DNA from: Sedimentisphaerales bacterium
Lineage (GTDB): Bacteria; Planctomycetota; Phycisphaerae; Sedimentisphaerales; Anaerobacaceae
DNA length: 64,000 nt
NCBI GenBank assembly: GCA_963708075.1
Contig: OY970194.1
Location: 5,664,001-5,728,000, forward strand
Direction of reading: 5' to 3'
Positions 38,716 through 47,132 of this stretch are shown here, in pieces (position 1 is the first letter of the stretch; each line of letters starts with the position of its first letter). Both the position numbers and the translations under genes were made by a program. The notes under the pieces were generated by a model, which was not told the origin of the DNA, did not search any database, and was given only the letters and a program-made list of their open reading frames with translations.

Positions 38716-40278
38716 ATGCGTGACCCGCGAGCGGCCATTGTGGCGTTTCTGGAGCAGGACAACCTCGGAGTCGGATATCTCGCGTCTATGCTGCTGCAGA
38801 ACCACATCGATGTCGGTATCGTGGACTTCTGTCTCGGCAGGCAATCCATCCTGGAGTATATCCTGCGCACCAAGCCATCCATCGTGGGATTCTCCATCAT
38901 ATTCCAGTACCACATTCATGACTTCAGAGATCTGATGGCGTACCTGAGGACCCACGGTGTCCGTTGTCATTTCACCGCCGGGGGACACTATCCGAGCCTC
39001 AGATATGCCGACCTCCTGGAGCTGATCCCCGACCTGGATTCGGTCGTGCTCTTCGAGGGTGAACGTACGTTCCTGGAGCTGGTCCGCTCCAGCCGCCTGA
39101 AAGGGAAGTGGAAGTCCCTGGAGGGGATCGCCTACCGGCAACGCGGGCGCGCCGTCGCCAATCCGCTGCGTCCGTTGGAAAGCGACCTGGACCGGTTCCC
39201 GCCGCCGGTTCGTCAACCTCTGAAAGAATGCGCGTTCGGCAGGAAATATGCGACCATTCTGGCCGGGCGGGGCTGCTACCACAATTGTGCGTTTTGCAGC
39301 GTTCGCCGGTTTTACTCCGGACCTCCCGGGCCGGTGAAACGAGTCAGACGGCCCGAGATGGTGGTGGCCGAAATGGAACTGATGCATCGTGACCTCGGTT
39401 GCTCCATATTCCTGTTTCAGGACGATGACTTTCCCGTGGCCGGGCGCGCGGGAAAGCAATGGGTGGCGGAATTCTGCAACCTGCTGGTGCAGAAGGACCT
39501 TCACAGAACGGTCATGTGGAAAATCAGTTGCCGGTCTGACGAGGTTCAGGGCGACCTTTTCCGCAGGATGAAAGAAGCCGGCTTATTCTTCGTCTATATG
39601 GGCATTGAAGATGGGACAGAGGAGGGCCTTGCCCTCATGAACAAACGCGTCAGTGCCGACACACACTGCCGGGCGGTGGAGACCCTCAAGAAGCTCGGCA
39701 TGGAGTATGATTTCGGTTTCATGCTCTTTCATCCTGACAGTACGTTCCGGTCTGTCTCGCAGAACCTCGGTTTTCTCAAACGCATTTGCGGCGACGGCTC
39801 CTCGCCCATCACGTTCGGCAAAATGCTGCCGTATGCGGAGACACAAATCGAGTACAGACTCAAGAACGAGGGAAGGCTGAAAGGTCCACCGGGTTTTGAG
39901 GACTACGATTTCGCGCATCCTTCCCTGGATTCCCTGTATCGTCTCATGTCAGAGTGCTTCCGCGAATGGGTCGGCCGGCCCGATGGGCTGCTCAATCTCG
40001 CCAGGTGGGCGCGCTATTCGCTGGGCACGTATCACAAGTACTATCGGAGGACCCGCAAGTCGGCGGCCCTGGAGCGGGCCATGAGAGGGTGTATCGCTCA
40101 GAGTAACCGGTACTTCATCAAGACCGCCAGGGAACTTGTGGCCCTGTTCGAGTCAGCGCGCAATGGCGCCGATGCGGCCGTCTTCGCGTCCATCAGGGAT
40201 ACCGTCACGGACAACCATGCCGAGTTCAAGCAGCGATTGATCCGGGTGATGGATGACATCCGAGCCCTCGCGGAGTAG
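38716..40278 (+). CDS. Cobalamin-binding radical SAM protein (class B methyltransferase-like)
   Basis: NLGVGYLAS, TAGGHYPS, FEGE; GRGCYHNCAFC; FQDDDF; MGIE; GFMLFHP; RBS AAGGAGAGG. Confidence 0.92.
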   Translation: MRDPRAAIVAFLEQDNLGVGYLASMLLQNHIDVGIVDFCLGRQSILEYILRTKPSIVGFSIIFQYHIHDFRDLMAYLRTHGVRCHFTAGGHYPSLRYADLLELIPDLDSVVLFEGERTFLELVRSSRLKGKWKSLEGIAYRQRGRAVANPLRPLESDLDRFPPPVRQPLKECAFGRKYATILAGRGCYHNCAFCSVRRFYSGPPGPVKRVRRPEMVVAEMELMHRDLGCSIFLFQDDDFPVAGRAGKQWVAEFCNLLVQKDLHRTVMWKISCRSDEVQGDLFRRMKEAGLFFVYMGIEDGTEEGLALMNKRVSADTHCRAVETLKKLGMEYDFGFMLFHPDSTFRSVSQNLGFLKRICGDGSSPITFGKMLPYAETQIEYRLKNEGRLKGPPGFEDYDFAHPSLDSLYRLMSECFREWVGRPDGLLNLARWARYSLGTYHKYYRRTRKSAALERAMRGCIAQSNRYFIKTARELVALFESARNGADAAVFASIRDTVTDNHAEFKQRLIRVMDDIRALAE

Positions 40279-40317
40279 AGGAAGCATCTCCGTCTCTTGC
40301 GCGAGCACAGGGTGCCT

Positions 40318-41304
40318 CTATCCAAAGTGCAGTTCGACGACGTCTTTATCGTGGAGGACGTGGGTGAGGTGGACGCTTTGGCCGGGGTAGACGTCGGTGC
40401 CCCAGATGCGGGCGGATTTGAGCTTTTCGGCCAATTCCCGGTGGATCACGGTGGCCATATCCTGGACGGTAGCCCCGGTAGGCAGCGTGAAAGGGGCCTC
40501 CATGTCCGCCGGCTTGCCGGGCGGCTTGGCGTACACGCGAATGATGTTCAACATGCGGAACAGCAGCTCAGCGAACTTGTCAAGGCCCTCGGCGGTCTGC
40601 GTGGAGACCTGGAGAAACTCCATCGGCTTGTCGAACGAGTTCCTGGCCAGCTCGAACGCCCCGGCCGGTGCGATGTCCGCCTTCGTGCAGATGCACACCG
40701 CCTTTCTGCCCAGTGCATTGCCCTGGCCATCCACGGCGGGGGTCTTCTCATCCAGCAACAGGTTGCGGGATTCGAGAAAGTCCATCAGCACCAGGGCCTG
40801 CTCCTCGATATCCTGCGACAGGTCGATCACCACGGCGATGATATCGCCGTTGCGGTAGGTGCCCACCTGGCCGGGCGCAACGAAGTCGGCGGTGATTGGC
40901 GGCATGTCCACGAGCTGAATCTGCACGTCCTCATACTTCACCATCCCCGGCACAGGGGCGTGGGTGGCGAATGGGAAATCGGCAACGACGACCTTGGCAT
41001 TCGTCAACGTGGCCAGCAGACTGCTCTTGCCTGTATTGGGCAGGCCCAGCAGGACGACCTGTCCGGCCCCGGTTCGCGGCACATGGAATACATCCGCGTG
41101 CTTACCGCCCTTTTTCTGCTGGGTGGCGGCCTCCCTGAGGCTGCTAAGCTTGCGGCGAAGATCCGCCCTCAGGCCGTCAGTGCCCTTGTGCTTGGGCATT
41201 ACCGACAGCATCTGCTCCAGCGCGAGGATCTTCTCCTCGTTGGTCTGGGCACTGCGGAACCATTCCTCCGCCTTCTTGTAGTCTGGTGGTAAGTTTGCAG
41301 GCAC
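40318..41304 (-). CDS. DRG-like OBG-family GTPase with TGS domain
   Basis: MPANLPP, PKHKGT, GLPNTGKSS, FPFAT, DMPP, TKAD, IRVYAK, HVLHDKDVVELH. Confidence 0.9.
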   Translation of the reverse strand: MPANLPPDYKKAEEWFRSAQTNEEKILALEQMLSVMPKHKGTDGLRADLRRKLSSLREAATQQKKGGKHADVFHVPRTGAGQVVLLGLPNTGKSSLLATLTNAKVVVADFPFATHAPVPGMVKYEDVQIQLVDMPPITADFVAPGQVGTYRNGDIIAVVIDLSQDIEEQALVLMDFLESRNLLLDEKTPAVDGQGNALGRKAVCICTKADIAPAGAFELARNSFDKPMEFLQVSTQTAEGLDKFAELLFRMLNIIRVYAKPPGKPADMEAPFTLPTGATVQDMATVIHRELAEKLKSARIWGTDVYPGQSVHLTHVLHDKDVVELHFG

Positions 41305-41617
41305 CGGTCAATCACACCCTGGTTTACGGTTCAAAGAACGCCGTGGACCTCGCAAGATCACGTTGGATAAACATGAGCTTCTCTTCTATATAGCGACAGC
41401 CAACAGGATCGTCAAGGATCGCAATCCAATCGGGCGGCGCCCATCCGCATTGAGGCAAGACTTCAGGGCCCCGCGCCCTGCGGGCTTTTATAAGCCTTTT
41501 GTTCCACGCAATCAGGAGAAAGCTACCGTTCGGACTTGGCATGTTCTCCGTATCTGTGTGCGTTAGAGGTGTCAGTTTCTATCTTGAGAAGGACATTAGA
41601 AGCGAAAGGAGCGAACC

Positions 41618-41872
41618 ATGAGAAACATCGATCTGAATACCGCTTCAAAAGAGGACCTGCTGGAGGTTTCAGGCATTGATCCGTCTCTCGCTGATAGAAT
41701 CATTCAATTCCGCGATGAGCGTGGCGGGATCGACAGTGTGGATGAATTGAGAGAGGTCGGCGGCATCAGTGAGTCAACGCTCGAGGAGCTCCGAGCCGCG
41801 GCCGGCGAGAGTGAAAGCGCGGATGTTGAGAGTGAAGGTATCGAAGAAAGCGAAGAAGAGGAAGAGTGGTAA
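41618..41872 (+). CDS. ComEA-type helix-hairpin-helix protein with acidic tail
   Basis: IDLNTASKEDLLEVSGI...LADRIIQFR...ELREVGGI; RBS AAAGGAG. Confidence 0.85.
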   Translation: MRNIDLNTASKEDLLEVSGIDPSLADRIIQFRDERGGIDSVDELREVGGISESTLEELRAAAGESESADVESEGIEESEEEEEW

Positions 41873-42061
41873 TCACAGGGCATGAAAGGGGCGCGCTGCA
41901 GCGCGCCCTGGCATTTCCAGGCACATCATTCCAGACAATTCAAGCTCTACACCCCCAGTCCCGAAAAGGACAGGGGTGGCTTTCAAACCTGCTCACATAG
42001 CTTCAGAAGCTCGACGTTATCCCTGATTTGCACTGCTTTTGTTCATTCATCCAGCGATTTT

Positions 42062-42089
42062 GCGCCGGTTTTTCCCTGCAGATGAGGAC
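42062..42089 (+). promoter_or_regulatory. Putative ECF promoter GCGCC-N20-GAC
   Basis: gcgcc ggtttttccctgcagatgag gac. Confidence 0.55.
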
Positions 42090-42135
42090 ATAATAGTGAA
42101 AAACAGAGCAGCTCTGTAGTACTTGACGAGTGAGC

Positions 42136-42667
42136 ATGACAAACGCTGAGGACCCCATCCTTGTCCGGCGAGCCCTGCAGGCCGATCCGGAGAGCTTCGG
42201 GCAGCTATGCAAGCGGTATTACCCCTTGCTGGTGGCTGTGGCGGATTCAATCCTGCTGGATCATCATCTGGCGGAGGACGCCGCTCAGGAAGCCCTCGCG
42301 GACGCCTGCCGGCAGCTCCCGCGGCTCAAGGAGCCAGAGCGTCTTCGGGCCCTGGGTGGCCGCGATCTGCCGAAACGTTGCGAAAGATATGCTCCGGGAC
42401 CGGCGGAGGCAGCGAGTCCCCGTTGCCGACTGCGAACCGCAGGAGATAGACTGCCGGCAGGATGGGCAAGATGAAGCTCTGGCCGAAGCGTTACGCCATC
42501 TGCCGCAACCGTTGCGAGAGGTGGTCTACCTGCGCTTCTACAACGGGCTGAGCTATCAGCAAATCGCCGGGGTCCTCGGCGCATCACAGGAATCCATTGA
42601 TGGCCGGCTCCGCCGGGCCAAGAAGAAGATCGCGGCGTTCATGAAGGCAAAGGGCTTTGAGCCCTGA
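42136..42667 (+). CDS. ECF sigma factor; +1 frameshift near 42340
   Basis: ESFGQLCKRYY, LAEDAAQEAL in the first frame; FGPWVAAICRN, IDGRLRRAKKK in the next frame. Confidence 0.85.
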
Positions 42668-42674
42668 GGTGTGA

Positions 42675-43760
42675 TTGTCTATGGTTCGAAGAGACGACAT
42701 CGACCGGCTGGACGAACTGCTGGCAAAGCACTTGCGGCGCGAGCCCGCTGCGTTTGATTTCGAGCGGTGGGCACACAGGTTTCCCACGGACGCAAAGCTC
42801 GTGCAATCCGGTTTCCCTCAGTCGGTCTCAAGGCGAAGAACTCAACTGGTGCAGATTGGGAGGTGTATTATGACAAGTCGATATACGAGACTCGCCGGCG
42901 TGGCGGCGGTGGTTCTGGTGACGCTTTCGTTCCTGTTCCCCGGCGGCAACGGAATCGTGCCGGAGAGCGTCGCGTGGGCCGATGTCCAGAAGGCCATGGA
43001 ACAAGTGCACACCATCCGCGTCACCGGCACGCGGAACTGCTTCTTCGGGGACGACGAGACGCCGACGTACAAACTGGGCCTGGAGAAGCTGTTCTCCTTC
43101 TCACGCGGGTACGTTGACAGGACCTTCACGGAGGACGGACAGTTGATCATCGAATTCACCTACGATCTCCCAACCGGGACGATGACGGTCCTGTTTCCCA
43201 CCCAGAAGAAGTACTACCGGATGCAGGCGCCGCAGGCGTTCCGCGAAGAGACAAGCCGGGTGACATTTGAGGAGTTCGGCCGACGGCTGTTTCTCTCCGG
43301 TGACTATCGCGTGGTCGGTCCCAACGACGTGCAGGGGATCCGGGCCATCGGCTTCGAGGTCTCCGATCTCTTCAGTCGTCTCAGCACAGGACTGGGGGCC
43401 GGTGGCAAACTGATGAATTTTTTCCTCTCTTTCGGCCAGTCGAGCGCGCGGATGTGGGTGAACCCGGAGACCCGGCTGCCCATCCAGTTGGAGGCCGAGG
43501 GCAAGATCAACCCCTGCTTAGTGACCGGCTATCGCGAGATGACGCTTCGCGAGATCGACGACCGGTGGGACTTTGGCGTGGAGCTCGACGGCGTCCAGTT
43601 CCTTCCCGCCATCCCCGAAGACTATGAGGCGTTGGCTGTGCCGGTGGCCTTGAAGGTCCAGGCCGGTCTATACGCCGGGGCGGGCGCGGTCGGGCCGGTC
43701 TGCCTGGCCGTAAGACGCTCGCGCCGTCGCACGCGCACAGTGCCTGTGACAGCAACCTGA
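42675..43760 (+). CDS. Putative anti-sigma factor with LolA-like domain and C-terminal hydrophobic/Arg-rich tail
   Basis: FDFERW; TM RLAGVAAVVLVTLSFL; VAWADV; MWVNPETRLPIQLE; FLPAIPEDY; tail VCLAVRRSRRR. Confidence 0.75.
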   Translation: MSMVRRDDIDRLDELLAKHLRREPAAFDFERWAHRFPTDAKLVQSGFPQSVSRRRTQLVQIGRCIMTSRYTRLAGVAAVVLVTLSFLFPGGNGIVPESVAWADVQKAMEQVHTIRVTGTRNCFFGDDETPTYKLGLEKLFSFSRGYVDRTFTEDGQLIIEFTYDLPTGTMTVLFPTQKKYYRMQAPQAFREETSRVTFEEFGRRLFLSGDYRVVGPNDVQGIRAIGFEVSDLFSRLSTGLGAGGKLMNFFLSFGQSSARMWVNPETRLPIQLEAEGKINPCLVTGYREMTLREIDDRWDFGVELDGVQFLPAIPEDYEALAVPVALKVQAGLYAGAGAVGPVCLAVRRSRRRTRTVPVTAT

Positions 43761-43798
43761 TTTTCCGTACGCATGATCCTAATTCAGGGTATCCTTGT

Positions 43799-43836
43799 GA
43801 AAGCCTGGCGGTGAACTGCCGGGCTTTCTCGTTTTT
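43799..43836 (+). terminator. Intrinsic terminator
   Basis: GAAAGCCTGGCGG-tgaa-CTGCCGGGCTTTC followed by TCGTTTTT. Confidence 0.65.
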
Positions 43837-43847
43837 GCAGGATTCCT

Positions 43848-43875
43848 GCGCCCGGATTTCGTGGGCGGGAGAGAC
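43848..43875 (+). promoter_or_regulatory. Putative ECF promoter GCGCC-N20-GAC
   Basis: gcgcc cggatttcgtgggcgggaga gac, 14 nt before GTG 43890. Confidence 0.55.
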
Positions 43876-43889
43876 TTACTTGTAGAAAT

Positions 43890-44435
43890 GTGACAGAGAA
43901 TACGGATGCCATCCTGGTCGCGGCGGCCTTGCGGGGCGATGCCGAGAGCTTCAGCCGGCTGTGTGAGCAGTACTATCCGGCCTTGGTGGCGATTGCGTAC
44001 TCCCGGTTGGCCGACCGGGGCTTGGCTGAGGATGCGGCTCAGGAGGCGCTTCTGGCCGCCTATCGCGACATCGGGAACCTGAAGAAGGCAGGACATTTTG
44101 CCGGATGGCTGGCGGTGATCTGCCGGAACATTGCCATCGACATGGCCAGGGCGCGAGCCCGGGAAAAGCATGCTGGAACTGAGGATTGCAGTCCCGTTTT
44201 GAGTCCCTCCTGCAATGAGGACGATACCATTGGCATCGTGCGAGAGATTATCCTGCGGCTGGAGCCGGATATGAGGGACATCATTTACCTCAGGTACTAC
44301 AACCAAATGGGCTATGGCCAGATCGCGCAGATGCTCGGCATCACCGAAGAAGCGGTCAATGGCAAACTCAGGCGGGCCAGAGACACGATCCGCCGGGAAC
44401 TGCAACGACGGGCATCGATGGAGACGGAACCATGA
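43890..44435 (+). CDS. ECF sigma factor
   Basis: GDAESFSRLCEQYY, LAEDAAQEA, FAGWLAVICRN, VNGKLRRAR. Confidence 0.92.
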   Translation: MTENTDAILVAAALRGDAESFSRLCEQYYPALVAIAYSRLADRGLAEDAAQEALLAAYRDIGNLKKAGHFAGWLAVICRNIAIDMARARAREKHAGTEDCSPVLSPSCNEDDTIGIVREIILRLEPDMRDIIYLRYYNQMGYGQIAQMLGITEEAVNGKLRRARDTIRRELQRRASMETEP

Positions 44436-45487
44436 AACACAGGAATGATGAGGACCGGCTCGACGAAATCATCGCCCGGGCCGTCGATCTCGGCAAGGTC
44501 GAATTCGATCGAAAAGCGTGGCTGGACAGGCTGGCCGCACAAGGGCCAAGCCTCGACAGCCGCCAAATGCACCACACGAAATCTGAACCCCACAAGAAGA
44601 TATGGAGAACCGTTATGGAAAGCAGAGTTACGAAATACTCCGTGGCTGCGACGATTCTTGTCGCCGCGTCACTTGTCTTGTTCGATCCGTTGGGTCTGTT
44701 TGGCGGCCGGCACGGCGTCGTTCTGGCCGAAGTGGTCGAGAGAATGAATGACGTCAAGACGATGATACTCAAGGAAAAGAGAGTGTACTACGAGATAGGC
44801 AAAGACGAGCCTTTGCTGAGCACAAATGTGGTCAAGTACCTGTCCTTCGATCGCGGCATCGTCGACGAGCAATACGGCGAAGATGGACGCCTTCAGGGCC
44901 GGGCCTACATCCTGAAGGACCCGCCGCAGATCACCATTGTGCTTGTCGAAGACAAGAAGTACGTGAAGCTGCCGCTGACGGATTCCGCGGCCCGCCTGGT
45001 GGAGCGCCTGACGCCCAAGGCCATCGTGGAGTACTTCAAAGCGGGGGACTGCAAGGACTTGGGCACGGCGACGATCGACGGGCATGAGGCGACGGGGTTT
45101 GAGACGAGAGATACGGGACTCTTTCCCATCTCCGGCCAGTACCGGTTCCTGTTCCCGATCAAAGACATCAGGTGGCAGTTCTGGATCAGTGAGGACCTGC
45201 CGTTTCCCGTGACGGCCGACCTGGAGGTCACGACCGGCCGAGGTCTTTTCACGGTCTTCAAAGAGCTCCGGATCACTTGTCACGACTACGACATGGAGTA
45301 TGACCCGAATATTCCTTCGACGGTGTTCGATCCGAACATCCCCGCCGACTACACGCCGCTGAACCTGGAATCCACCGTGAAAGAGAGCGCCGCCTGGCTG
45401 GGCGTCGGGGGCCTGCCGGTCGTCGGAATCGTGGTTCGCCACCGTCGGAGGCGCACGCATCGTCGCGGGGTCCGTATGGCGACCTGA
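44432..45487 (+). CDS. Putative anti-sigma factor with LolA-like domain and C-terminal hydrophobic/Arg-rich tail
   Basis: ATGA overlap; TM KYSVAATILVAASLVLF; FDPNIPADY; tail LGVGGLPVVGIVVRHRRRR. Confidence 0.75.
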   Translation: MKHRNDEDRLDEIIARAVDLGKVEFDRKAWLDRLAAQGPSLDSRQMHHTKSEPHKKIWRTVMESRVTKYSVAATILVAASLVLFDPLGLFGGRHGVVLAEVVERMNDVKTMILKEKRVYYEIGKDEPLLSTNVVKYLSFDRGIVDEQYGEDGRLQGRAYILKDPPQITIVLVEDKKYVKLPLTDSAARLVERLTPKAIVEYFKAGDCKDLGTATIDGHEATGFETRDTGLFPISGQYRFLFPIKDIRWQFWISEDLPFPVTADLEVTTGRGLFTVFKELRITCHDYDMEYDPNIPSTVFDPNIPADYTPLNLESTVKESAAWLGVGGLPVVGIVVRHRRRRTHRRGVRMAT

Positions 45488-45519
45488 GATCAGGTCCTTT
45501 CCTACGGCTGTTATCGAAC

Positions 45520-45551
45520 AAGCCCTGCCCCGATGGCAGGGCTTTTCTTTT
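45520..45551 (+). terminator. Intrinsic terminator
   Basis: AAGCCCTGCC-ccgat-GGCAGGGCTT-TTCTTTT. Confidence 0.8.
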
Positions 45552-45815
45552 GGCCTGAGGCGAGTGATTCTTCGTATCTATAAGACAGGGTGGCCGGTAC
45601 AATCCTGCCTCCTGCCGGCGAGCCGGGCGATATCAGGGGAAAACTGTGATGGGGGAGTTTGCCTTTGGCGGCCGGCGCTGTACAATGGCGTGATACAGGT
45701 CGGCTGATGGCGATAAGACCTGAAACCGATTCTGGGGGTGTAGTTGAGAGACTGAATTCCATTCTGCGGAAGTTCAGTGCGAGAACGAAGCGATTTCACG
45801 TCATGGGGATGACGT

Positions 45816-47078
45816 ATGGATAGAGTGAGCACGGAAGTATCAGACCAGACGCAGGAATCGCATCCGAGTGAGCCGCCCGAGATGATGCGGGCGGAGCTCA
45901 ACGCGATTCTGGACCACGCCGGCACGGCTGTGGCCGTGTACCAGGCGGTGGACGACGGCAACGACTTCATCTTCGTGGATTTCAACCGGGCCGCCGAGGA
46001 AATCGAGCAAGTCAAGAGGGAGGAAGTGCTTGGCAAGAGCGTGCTGGAGGTGTTTCCCAGCGTGCGGGAGTTCGGGCTTTTTGAGGCGTTTCAACGGGTC
46101 TGGCGGACGGGCGAGCCGGTCGAGCATCCCATCTCCGTGTACAAGGACTGGCGCATCACCGGCTGGCGTCGCAACTATATCTGCAAGCTCCCCAACGGGC
46201 AAATCATGGCCATCTATGAAGACGTCGGCCGAACCAAACAGAGCGAACTGGCTACACGCATGAGCGAGCAGTGCTTCCGTGCCATTGCCGATTACACTTA
46301 CGATTGGGAAATCTGGGTCGGCCCCGCCGGCCGCGTTCTGTGGACGAATCCGGCGGCCACACGCATCTCGGGCTTTTCCATCAAGGAGATCATCACGATG
46401 CCCGATTACCCCGGGCCGCTGGTCTATGAAGCGGACCGCGAGAAGATCATTCGGGCGTTTCGCACCGCCGTCGGCGGCAGCACGGGCAACGAGCAGTTCC
46501 GGCTCAAGCACAAGGAAGGCCGGGTCCTCTGGGCTGAGATCTCCTGGCAGCCCATCTACGATGAGAAAGGCAATTCCCTCGGACACCGCGAGAGCATCCG
46601 CGATGTGACCGCTCGCAAGCTGGCCGAGCAGGCGGTGCAGTTGGCCGAGCGGGAGAAGGAGGCCATCCTCGACAACATGGCCGAGCATATCATCCACCTC
46701 GACGCGGATTCGTCGATCCTCTGGGCGAACCGGGCGGCTTGTGAGTCCGCAGGTCTTACGCGGGAGCAGGTCATCGGGCGGTTCTGCTACGAGATGCCTG
46801 TCGAGTGGCATGAACTCTGGGGCACCTGCCCGGCCGCCCAGGCCATGGAGACGGGCAATCGCATCGAGGTCGAGAAATCCGCGCCCGACGGCCGGACCTG
46901 GTTTGTCCAGGCGGCGCCTGTGCGAGATCGCAAGGGCGGCATCATCGGCGGCGTCGAAATCGCCCTGGATGTCACCAAGTACAAGCGCACCGAAATCGCC
47001 CTGCAGGAACTGCGGCGCGAACGCCATGAACTGGAAGCCCAAGCCGCGGTAGAAGACCCCGCCGAACACGAAGTCTGA
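45816..47078 (+). CDS. PAS-domain protein (three PAS/PAC, no output domain)
   Basis: DFNRAAE, WTNPAA, WANRAA; IRDVTARKLAE, LDVTKYKRTE; no HisKA or GGDEF motifs. Confidence 0.88.
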   Translation: MDRVSTEVSDQTQESHPSEPPEMMRAELNAILDHAGTAVAVYQAVDDGNDFIFVDFNRAAEEIEQVKREEVLGKSVLEVFPSVREFGLFEAFQRVWRTGEPVEHPISVYKDWRITGWRRNYICKLPNGQIMAIYEDVGRTKQSELATRMSEQCFRAIADYTYDWEIWVGPAGRVLWTNPAATRISGFSIKEIITMPDYPGPLVYEADREKIIRAFRTAVGGSTGNEQFRLKHKEGRVLWAEISWQPIYDEKGNSLGHRESIRDVTARKLAEQAVQLAEREKEAILDNMAEHIIHLDADSSILWANRAACESAGLTREQVIGRFCYEMPVEWHELWGTCPAAQAMETGNRIEVEKSAPDGRTWFVQAAPVRDRKGGIIGGVEIALDVTKYKRTEIALQELRRERHELEAQAAVEDPAEHEV

Positions 47079-47132
47079 GCAGGTAGTCGGACTTCCCCGC
47101 CGTCTGCCGGTCAGAACGGCGAGGTTGAGCGA

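Noticed and set aside
41889..41908. Perfect 20-bp palindrome GGGCGCGCTGCAGCGCGCCC
   Set aside because: Single copy, GC-rich, no U tail; at most a 3' stabilising hairpin.
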